This document shows, piece by piece, positions 48,761 to 64,000 of a DNA stretch of 64,000 nucleotides (position 1 is its first letter; every line of letters starts with the position of its first letter). Made by a program: the position numbers and the translations under genes. The stretch comes from Trichoplax adhaerens (taxonomy: Eukaryota > Animalia > Placozoa): the NCBI RefSeq assembly GCF_000150275.1, contig NW_002060948.1:3051183-3115182 (forward strand), read 5' to 3'. Under the pieces are notes generated by a model. The model was not told the origin of the DNA. It was given only the letters and a program-made list of their open reading frames with translations, and searched no databases.

Positions 48761-51700
48761 TACTTCAAGATTCTTGTTGAATATTAATTTAATTGATTCA
48801 GAAAAAGACGGAATTGAGGTTATATCCTTCGTTATATTCTCACAGGACGCTACTGCTATCGTCTCTACATTACCCGCGAATAGCTCTAGACTATTCTAGT
48901 GCCTAAATGTACTCTCTTTGACATGACCAATCTTGTAAGAACTTGTACCGCCATCTTACTTTTCATCAACGGGGGCCTTACTAACAAACTAATTTACTAC
49001 ATATTCTCTCAAATCAAAGTTGAAATTCTCACATCCATACATACGCGTATAGACCATTGACCACCTTAGATAAACGTGACAACTACAGTACTTTAGCCCC
49101 TGTCACGGAGTCTATATATAAGCACTATATGAAGCAGGCAACTGCAGAGAATCGACAAAAGGAACTTTACAATTACCAATGTTGAAGAAAATTACTTTGC
49201 GCGATATCGGATAAGTTAGGGTATTATCTGAGTTTAGTATGATAGGTAGGTATTACTGTATTTTGGATTGGAATTTGCACGTCGCTATAGTGAGCGCAGC
49301 AACCCAAACCGCAAGATATGATTACTGATAAATGTACAGCAGCTTACCAATTTTCAATTTGCTATTTTTCATAATATGACGCATTAATAAATAAATGATT
49401 TATTAGAACGGTGCATCCATTCCTTATTTGTATTTACGAGTATCTCAAGAGAAGTGATTCAAGTTAATTACGATTAAAATTGACTACATACTCTGTATCC
49501 TGCGGCATATCATTTTTTTACAACAGGGTATTCTATTCTCAACTCAAATGACTGACTCAGCTTCATTTATTTATATGTCCCAATTTGAACTATTATGCTT
49601 GATAATTAATTGCAACATAGCATCACAATATATGATATAAATGTGCTATACAGTACACACCGTATGCGAATATTTTATTGTTATATAACAATCTGGACAA
49701 ATAGTTCAGACTGAGATACTGATTTTTAAGTTATAATACGAGAAGCGCATAACGTACTACTTTTTTAATATGGTAACCCTTCGATGAATTCTTATACAAT
49801 ATCATTATTTGATCTACTTTTAAAATCCGATAGTATACAATTTATAATGTGATATTTTATCATGTTAAGGTGATTGATTGATATTATATTAGTCATTGCA
49901 ACTATTTCGGTATACAGTTATGTGATTGCCAATATCTTAAAAATAAATAACTAATAACTAAATGTCATTGATCAATCTCTTTTAATTTTCGATATTACTC
50001 TATAATAGAAAATATTAATTATTACAGCTACAATATTAAAGCATTTCACTACAACTAGAGCCTCTATCCTAATGAAAGATTCGCACATTATACAAATAGG
50101 ATCAATTAATGACATAAGAATGATTAAATTAAACACAAATAAGTTACTGTCTCGATTATCTAAATATTCAGGATAGCACTAGGATAGGTTAACAAATGAA
50201 ATATAAATGCAGTGCGATGCCCTAAAAACATTCTTCGAGATATACTACCCACGCTTTTGCCGATAAGATAGGAATAAGAAATTTCTACAACGCTAGAATC
50301 TACGGAATAATAATCACTAGCTATCTTAGTTGTAGCTAGATGTAATAAGAAATTGAATATTTAGATGATATTGATGCGGACATACTTATTACGATTGCAA
50401 AAATCTGCTATTATATAACTGAATATCTCTTGCTTACTGTTTGCATGATGTACTTTGCATGTAAATCTTACATCGATTGGATTAAATCAGCAAACAACTA
50501 TAATTACAGCTGAACTGATACAATATAAAATTCATTATGCATTTCCTACTTACTCATTCCGAATAGATAATTTTATAATAATACAGTGAACAATTTAGTT
50601 TTTACAAGGGACTTATATAATCCGTTATTAGAATTAGAAACAATAAAAACACATTCTAAAATTCAGCATTGCATCAATAATATTTATACGGGAAAGTTCA
50701 TTCGGAATCATAGAATGCGATATTAAATATTAATTTATACTTTTTTATACCTATGAAGTCGCCAAAAGATGTAAATATTATATTAGCACGCCGTATTGTT
50801 TGCACCAATTTAGAAATAAATACGCTGTTTTCGCTTCAAAATATCTGAACTTATTTATTATTAATACCTGTCTTGAAATAAAAATTGAGTGACTAAGACG
50901 TCATAAATAATGACTCTATGTGAATGATAGATCTACGTTAAAAGTCATCATTATCAATACTAACGCGCTATATGAAATTAACATTTTGATTAATATCCTA
51001 TATATTAAATTACTTACACTTTTATTATTATTAAGAGTATTATCTGCAGTATTGTGATATATACCAATCACGAGATTCCAAATTTTAGAAAAATAAGGGC
51101 TTTATTGAATCTTATACAAAGATTAACTATACACAGCTCTACTCTAGCCGAATACTACTACTAAAGACTTCTATAACGAACTAACTGAATAATCTAAAGT
51201 TGCATGCTTTTATACTTTTCGTATTATTCGCAGCTACAATCCGCATGGCAACCTTTTACCTTATACTAGTGCAAACTCCCGTCGCTTTGCTGACGGTTTA
51301 CGATAATGTGCTCATTTAACAGATAGTATTATCATTTGTCGTAGATCTGTCATAGACATTATTCACACCAGCCAAAGTACAATGAATTAACCATATCCTA
51401 ATATATGATTTACAGTTCTATTTTTACCTATAGCCTTATTAGTAACTCAACACCTTACTGTATATAGTCATCTGTACTCTAGCATAGAGTCTATACAACT
51501 ACAGTCTATAGTTATAGCTACCAAATATCTCTTAGGATAAATATCTACCGTACATTATACTAAACATGGCTAATAGTCTACAATCACAATACTAGTTACA
51601 TTACAAGTATTAAATAAAGAAAGTTGTAATTTAGACTCTGTGTAGCTTATATAGAATTTCTCTCTACTACTATAACAAGACAGCTTCAGAAATAAACCAT

Positions 51701-54700
51701 AAAATATTTGTATTTACTAGAAAGAGACTTTGTGAAATGATTATTAGTCACTTCCTATCTGTATTTTAGACTTTACTGTAAAGGTAGCTTTTTTCTAATC
51801 TAATATATAATTTACAAAGTAAAACATATCGAATTCGATATGATATTATCAGATACACTTTGCTCATATATTGGTATAGTATTATGCCGCCATAAACTAT
51901 ATTGTAAACGTCACCATTCCCCATATAACAAGCAAAAAGTGTATGAATGGATATTCACACATGATAAAAATAAATAACTTAATACCATACTTATCTAATC
52001 TAAACCCGTCATTTTTAAAAATCAAACTGTCTAGCTCTATTTCTATGCCGAACCATGGTATGCTTTTACACGTAAACACGTTAGCAAGTATAATATATCG
52101 GGCAAAGTATTTAAAAAGGGATCTGATTTTAATTTCGAAGTAAATTTGATATGCATGCCTTCAACTTAAGAGCTGTTCCATCTATCATTCAGAAGAGCAC
52201 TCTAAGTTATTCTCTTCTTAGAATTAATCAAATTTCTCTCACTAATTAATATATCCTCAACATCCGATGAAACATTTCGAGCTACTAAATAATCCAAGAC
52301 TGCAGAAATCAAGATGCCCATTAAAACCATTGCTATTTTTATTTTATAAGTCTATATTGCTTGTATCATGCCATTAATGTCATTAATATCTTGATTTATG
52401 AGTATCTATGGTATATTGCTAGATAATGCGAATTTCTAGATGAACCTAGTAATTTGTGACAGTTACAATTCAAATTGTTAGAAACTTATGCAATTGATTA
52501 TTGATAAACATCCAACCTTGTCATTTTCTTTTTATATTCAACTTTCCATGTAGCCGTAATATTCTACTATGAAACCAAGAAATGAATGATGGCTATAGGT
52601 TATTATAAAACGATACTATAAATAAATAAATTTAGCCTAGATCACAAAAAACACAATTAATTTAAAATTATTTATAGCAGCTACAGTATATTGCTACTAT
52701 TGCAATTATGAAGAGCTGCAGATAACCGGAATGATAGTTGTTGCATAATGGCAGCATCTATCAAATCATTTTAACTTAGTAGACTAGATTGTAGGGTGTA
52801 CGCAATAAATTATACTGTATAATCTTACCCTCCTTGCTGTATCTACGCGTACAACATTTATTATTTAATTTTACATTACTCACAGGAAAGAAGTCATTGA
52901 TTATACAAATAGCATGAACATCATTTATGTTGCCTAAGCATATGTTAAGGATACCAGTATTTCCCATAATCGCTAAATTTAATTCGTAAGCAGATCATTG
53001 AAAGAGTTATAAGCTTTAACTGCTTCATTAGATTATAATCAAAAGTCTGTTCTAGTAAGGCAATTTTCAATTCTACAAAATGTTATCAACTACTAACATA
53101 GGATAAATTTCCTTTATTCTAATGAACCATTCATGGTAAGTCCAAGTAAAATAACAATAATATGAATCAGATTAAAAATGTCATCATAGCAATATCTAGT
53201 CGCCTTATGTAATCTATCGATCTTAAATATAGATAGTGCAGTAAATTATCATAAAAGTATGATAAGGATTTCAGTTTCTCAAGCTGGTTCTTCTATCAGG
53301 ATATTTGTATAATCTTAGAATTAATTATGCATGTATATATATAGTATTATTGATAATACAGTCTCTATGAAATATTTTATGAACAACAATAATTCATGCG
53401 AAACTATAATCGTTTATTAATATGAGCCTAGCTGCAGGGAAATTGTAAGACCTTCTGCCAACTAATGATACACGCATAATGTATAAATGTCTAAGGCCTT
53501 ATTCTAAGATATGAAATGATAGAAGTCACATCGAGGGTAATTGTTTTTTTTGGAGTGACTCAAATAAAGCTTCTCTTTGATTTGGACGGACGGACAGTAT
53601 AATGGAAAAAAATATACAAATTTTTTACCATATTTGAGAAGATAAACTGTCAGATTTGGCTGAAATTTTATGTACACTTATATAAGTTCTACCTTACAGT
53701 ATACTGCAGTATCAAGGAAAATTGAGTCGGAAAGTTAGTTTTAAAAGCTTCACATAAAATAACTATCCTAGTAATATCGCATATACTGACTACCTTTTCT
53801 ATGCTATAAAGACATAATCAAACCAATTAAGTTTATTACTTATCTCAAGTTGTACGAGTATACCTCAACTGCTAGCTTTTGATAATAAACACTAAACTCT
53901 GATCGATTTCAAGCACAGTAACGTATCGAGCCATGCATATACATCTCACATTACCACTGAACAGTGTGTGATCCATTAACGAGTAACAATCAATTTCGCT
54001 TAGCGATAACCTGTTCGACCAATCTAGCCCTCCTCTAATGCGTGTACAACTGGCCAATTTGTGATAGTAAGCAGAGAATTAGCATTCACTGGCTAGTGTG
54101 ATTGTAGTACTAGCAGTTTAGACTTAAAAATCGAATGATCCAGGTGAGAAATGAAATTGTAAAATCTACAAGAGTACTAGCTAGGACACACTGCAAGTCT
54201 ATGTTCATAAATGTTATCAAGTATAGAATATACTCGTAGTATCCTAAAAACTATTCTGAATCATTTATCAGCTAGCTTCATTGAGCTTAATCATCGATAA
54301 AATAATCAACACGGAGAAGTCAGGAGACAAAGTTGATCTTTTTACTTACACGAACTGGGACAGGCATCAACACAGATTAACTTTACAATTTAATAACTTA
54401 CCACAGTTAAAACGTTAAAATCAATTATTGCAAGTCAATGATATTATAATTCGCAGCGGTCAACTAAAAAAAAATGCAGTACTGCACTTGCTATTATAGT
54501 AATACATCAGTAAAGTAGATTCAGTTAAATTTTTTGATCACAGTGATATCATAAATATACCGTATCTACAGATATAGATATAAGTACGGTATCAACATAT
54601 CCTGCATATATAAATCTCATTATGTATATATAGGCGTTTCCTGGTCAATAGCCGCTCACGCTGAAGAGTTAAATTATCATCTGCGAATTGGGACAAGTGA

Positions 54701-55278
54701 AACATTCTAATGTGATAAAGTTATAGATTCATACTACAGAGTGACAAGCAAAGAAAGCATTAAGACACTAGAATGTGACTTAATCAATATTAACTATCAA
54801 TCCTACTAAATATACGACAATAATATTAACGTGAATAGCCATTATAATTAATAATGTATTATACGTGTATTTTAACCTGGTTGTCGTTTTAACTCAATCG
54901 AAAATCAAAGTTGGAAATATCGACCGACAGAGTAGTCTCTAGATAAAAGCTTATAATATTAGGAGCAGCCAAAATCAGAGAATCAGTGTAATCGTTGTAA
55001 CATCAGAAAAAGGCTGTCGGTGTAAATTACTATATAACACAATAATATCAACTTACACTGTTCCCATTATCGTTATAAGTCATATAATCGAGCTAACATA
55101 GCTAAGAGATTTCACAAACTGCATAAAAAGTAAAACACTAGATATTTCATGAGATGTTTTACACGAGTTTTCTGTATTCTGATGTGTTCTGTTACTCTAC
55201 CGTTGGGTGTGAACTATCATTTTAGAGTAGTGATACATTTATTTTATTAATTTTCTTCTTTTCATGTAATAACGTTAT

Positions 55279-59712
<4,434 letters not shown>

Positions 59713-60437
59713 GGTGGTCAACAATTTCGTCCAAGATATCGCTGTAAATAACGCCAGTTAAGAATAAATTAAAAAAAAAGTGCCAAGATATTATCGAAAT
59801 TCTGTTTGTTTCATAAAGTCTGTGAATGCTTGGTATCACATGAGAAAACATTGCCTACCACTAAAAGGCCCCAAAAAAGATAACGTACAGTATAGGACTC
59901 ACGATTCTAGTATGATACGTGTGTATTGAATATGATATTGGTATGTTGAAAAAGTTGAAAAGTGTTCTGAAATACATCAGTAATTTACGATTAAATACAA
60001 TTTATAATTCTGTTCAACACTGCATCGACGATAGACATTATTACAATTGATGATCTACGCTTGCAGAAGTCATTTAAAACATATGCACCAATGTAGTCAA
60101 GTTTTTGTAGGATCACTTTCAAACTACTGGATACGATAGCTTCAATATCAGTAACATTACCCAAGAAATAGAACTAGAGGAAAAAAACAGGGCGCGGTGA
60201 CAAGGTAAATCGCGATTGAAATAAAAGTTAAAATCGAATTTCAACTAAGAAATACTGATGTTGTCGTCTATTACAAGTCTTTTAAATTAACTTCAACTAT
60301 CCTTTGCTTACATATCAATTCTACGTAAACCTAGCAAGTCGAGAAGTGTCTTGTAACCACGATAGCGATTCAATTCCTGAAAAAGTGAAAAAGCCGCGAC
60401 AGGCAAAATTGAAGGTGACAAAAAAGTAAGGCTACAA

Positions 60438-61296
60438 ATACTGCACAGTACATTAATCCAGTCACAGTGGCATCCTTACACAGTCCGTACAGTACAGTAC
60501 TGTGCAGCACATACTGTACACTGTGGACTGTACACTGTACAGGAGGTCTTTTATTGGTGTACTGTATGGTACAGTAGTGTAGCTTTTGTACAATGTACTT
60601 GTACAGTAAGTGTCCTTATCAATCATCCAGTATGATTGCGTCAGTGTGCTTACGTGCATTATTAATTAATTAATTAATTATTATACAGTACAGTACAGTA
60701 CGGTTGATACGTACTGTACTGTACTGTACGCGCCATCTACTGTACTGTACTGTTGCGGCCTAAACTGGCGACAGGCCCTATAAAACTCTACCGTACAGTA
60801 TGTACTGTACTGTATGTACTGTACAGTACTGTACTCTACAGTGTACAGTACTGTGCTGTCATTTTATTCGATTTCTTTTTGTTGCACTGAGTGTACAATG
60901 CGACATGCGCAGTACAGTACAGATGGAGTCTACTGCTTTAGTACTGTACTTGTGATGGACTGTATCATCTTTTACCAGTCTTCAACAGTTCTTAACCTTA
61001 TTAAATGAAGTTATACAGTACAGTACAGTACTGTACAGTATAATAACATTTAGTTGGAGTGGCTTATTAGACAGCACTACTGTACAGTACAGTGTACAGT
61101 ACAACGTACTGTAACTGGACGAGTTCGATGGACCAGACTGTACTGTACTGTACCATTCTGTGCAACTGTAAAATCAAAAATTCAACACTTCAGTATAGTG
61201 TACTATACTGTACAGTACAGTATGAAAATCGAAATTTCGATTCAAGTGCTAATTTTTATTTGATTGATTGATTCTATTCTTGTACTGTACTGTACA
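60438..61296. repeat. (GTACW)n island in the divergent GNB/MLF intergenic region
   Basis: Dense pentamer mosaics at 60438-60610, 60684-60950 and 61014-61296, with smaller patches at ~62039-62126, 62363-62410 and 62606-62632; an (ATTA)n run at 60658-60684. Confidence 0.9.
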
Positions 61297-62195
61297 TTAG
61301 TTATCGTCTATTTCCATTTGATAGATTTGCGAAAGTGATATAGATACGTCCATTTGAGACTGGAGAGTTTAATCGATAGTATTGGGTAATGATATTAATG
61401 TTTTTTCTGCTGGTTCCCATCGACATATCATTTCCGTAACGCTTGAAGAGTCAAAAATTACGCCCAAGGAAGACGTCCACAGTCCAGACTACAGATTCTC
61501 CTTTCTTTCATTTCTTTTCAAAGTGACTGCTCTACAGTACTGCGAGTATTCCACATTCAATTGGATTGGGTAATTTTCACCAAAAACTACTGTACAGCTT
61601 TGAAACGAGACTTTACTCTACTGTACTTCTTCTAAGTCAACAATTACAGACGTACAGACTACAACAATGCTGTCAGTCAGCCATCGAATAGAATTATTAT
61701 TATTATTGTCATGATTATTGCATGATTAATACTATTATGACATGCCTCGATTTGTATTCACTTTAAACTTGGAGTTCAATCTTATTTCAATGGATAAAAT
61801 ATTGCGCATAAAGACCCCTAGCCATGGACTACATTATAAAATAGTCCATATTCCGCAACTTTCAGCAGCACACGCTCAAGTGTTTCATTTTAGTATTGAC
61901 TACTCTACCTATCCCCTTCAGCGGCAGCTTACAAGCAATCGATAAAATAACGTGTCGCAAAAGAAAAAAGACCATTTACTCTATTGGCGGCAACAATTGA
62001 ACTCGACCAATATTCAACCGAAGTTAAATGATAATCTAGTACTGTACAGTAGGTTACGTTGATCATGTCAATCGGAGTGGGGTTTACACAACACTACTGC
62101 CAACACACATGGACATTGTACAGTATGTAGGTATAGAGTACAATATCAGATTGGCTAGTGCTTACCATTGCCATTGACCGCAATGTAGTAGTAGA

Positions 62196-62280
62196 AACTA
62201 TCTGTTCAAACTGCATCCAGGAGAAACTATCACTTCAAACTGCATCCAGGAGAAAAACTATCACTTCAAACTGCATACAG
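62196..62280. repeat. Minisatellite, 29-31 bp unit, 3 copies
   Basis: AACTATCACTTCAAACTGCATCCAGGAGA repeated about three times. Confidence 0.9.
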
Positions 62281-62783
62281 TATTTCTATGGTTACCAACT
62301 TTGATGACTCACTATAGCATAATCTAATCTACAATCCCCAAATAAATAAAATATGTTGAGCATTGTACAATACTGTATATGTTATGTTCTTAGTATACTG
62401 TACAGTATGGCCATGGAGTATATCTACTCTACTCTCATATCGTTACAGACTGGCACTTATTGAATTCAAATAAATAAATAAAAATAGGTCTACAAAAGAT
62501 CGGCCCTCCCCAACAGTCCCAAGATCCTTTCGTCATCATTGTACGCGCAGAAACTTTGCGAACAATAACATGAGGTAAAAAGGGAAGGGAAAAATCTCCC
62601 TCCAACTACTGTACAATACATACAGTACAGTATTTGCTAATAGTGTATTGCAGTGTAATCTTGGTCGGAAATCAGCTGTCTTTACAGCCAGCACATTTCC
62701 GAAATCAGCCTGATCCATCTCTCAGGGTTGGGGCTACCGTTGACTTGTTTTTATCGAATAATCCTGCCCAAGGTGTTGTGAAA

Positions 62784-63834
62784 ATGGCGTTAAGAAATCA
62801 ATTTGACGATCCGTTCAATGATCCTTTCTTTCAGTTAGTTTTTATCACTATTTGAAGCCATAATGATGATGAAAAGAGTCGATCTAGAAGATACCATTCT
62901 TTTTCTATTATACCATTTTAGAGATAATATGTCGGCAAGAGTTAACCACTTTAACCCTTTCGCCCAAGATCCGTTTTTCAATCATTCGAGAAGTGCGATC
63001 GCCATGAGCAATCCCATGATGATGATGGTAAGACTACTAAAGAAGTCATTCTTTGAATGTCGATTGTTGAGTATCGGGGATATTGGACTCTTGAGTCTGG
63101 TAGGAAGAGCAGAGTCCCCGAAACAGGTTACTGATTTTGTTATTGCAAGAATTTTTTTTTCCATTTTCACTATCTCACTTGGGAGAATGTATACGGTAGG
63201 CAAGGGTTAAGTAATTTCTTGATGCGCCATATACGAATCAATTCCTAGATCGATATCAATATTATTATCAACGTGTTATGTAAGCAATGGATGCAACAGA
63301 CTAACGTTAATGCAGGGGTCTACACTATCAATACTTCATCGTGTTTACGTTAGCTATCTCAAAAATTGCTCATGGGGTAGATTTGAATTGAACGTAACCA
63401 TTTAATTTAATTTATGCTAGCTTCGGACCTACAATACATAATATTAGTGCGGTGCTGTCGATTTTATCATACTGTACAAGTCATAAAGTGTTTCTTGACA
63501 GTCAACACATTGCAAGCCTACTAATCTACTCTACACAGTACAACTCAATGTAAAAACCCTTTTCCATTAATACTAAATAAGGCAACCCAAAACGAATACA
63601 TGGACTTGCAATAGATTGACTAATTCTTTTCGCCAAAAGATTACGAGATAAATCATAACCAAATCCATAGAGATATATACGTATTTTTACATAGGCACTC
63701 TTTAAAAAATTCACGCTGTCGTATTGTACTTTCAGCCGAATAACCCTTTCATGGCAATGGAGAATATGATGAATAATATGATGGCTCCTTTTCATAATTC
63801 ACTACTAGGAATGCATTCGCCAATGAATGACTTC
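62784..63834 (+). CDS. MLF: 5' part of a probable myeloid leukemia factor (MLF) family gene; continues beyond the window
   Basis: Exons 62784-62833, 62922-63027 and 63736-63834 splice in frame (GT-AG): MALRNQFDDPFNDPFFQDNMSARVNHFNPFAQDPFFNHSRSAIAMSNPMMMMPNNPFMAMENMMNNMMAPFHNSLLGMHSPMNDF. DPFF motifs with a Met/Asn/Phe-rich N-terminus match MLF character, and adjacency to GNB supports this. The conserved MLF core is not in the window. Confidence 0.6.
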
Positions 63835-64000
63835 GTAAGTTGATAAGTGTAATTGTTAAATTGTCAGGCTTGGAATAGTTCATCCTTTAATTAAGCCTTA
63901 TAACATTATCACCATTGAATGTAATACTATAGCTGGGTAGAGTTTCAACTTCAAGCTTTTATCCATTTTATCAATTATAGCGAAATTTAGAAAGAAATGC

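Noticed and set aside
47769-48899. Several ORFs rich in Y/S/T/V/C/L/Q (also at 21032-21324 and 60462-61263)
   Set aside because: They are translations of the stop-poor GTACW repeat in multiple overlapping frames and have no protein-like features.
49000-55200. Possible hidden gene between SLC35F6 and GNB
   Set aside because: No exon chain or recognisable peptide found on either strand; probably GNB 3' UTR plus intergenic DNA, although small exons cannot be excluded.
60189-60216. GGGCGCGGTG resembling the SRP RNA/Alu 5' end
   Set aside because: Similarity stops after 10 nt and no SRP S-domain follows.

Overview
AT-rich (roughly one third GC) eukaryotic, animal-type genomic DNA with many short GT-AG introns and one assembly gap (58694-59334). 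Gene density, intron size and protein divergence suggest an early-branching metazoan such as a placozoan (Trichoplax-like); this is inference. By hand-splicing I reconstruct six genes. (1) An intronless rhodopsin-class GPCR resembling GPR161 (+, 6623-7645). (2) A 32-exon ACAP/centaurin-beta, BAR-PH-ArfGAP-ankyrin (-, 12159-20944). (3) An 18-exon Dishevelled (-, 26201-37252). (4) A 5-exon SLC35F6 (-, 42402-47222). (5) A 9-exon G-protein beta subunit (-, 55279-59712). (6) The first three exons of a probable MLF gene (+, from 62784). ACAP, DVL, GNB and MLF are also linked in human paralogons, so this looks like an ancient linkage block. The most striking unexplained signal is non-coding. Dense islands of a self-complementary pentamer repeat, (GTACW)n, sit at gene 5' ends and in first introns; they contain perfect 19-bp inverted repeats and have YY1-like motifs nearby. 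A separate 10-bp palindrome, ATACGCGTAT, is strongly over-represented. Several degenerate 70-270 bp tandem arrays are also present. Most short ORFs in the supplied track are spurious or are exon fragments.
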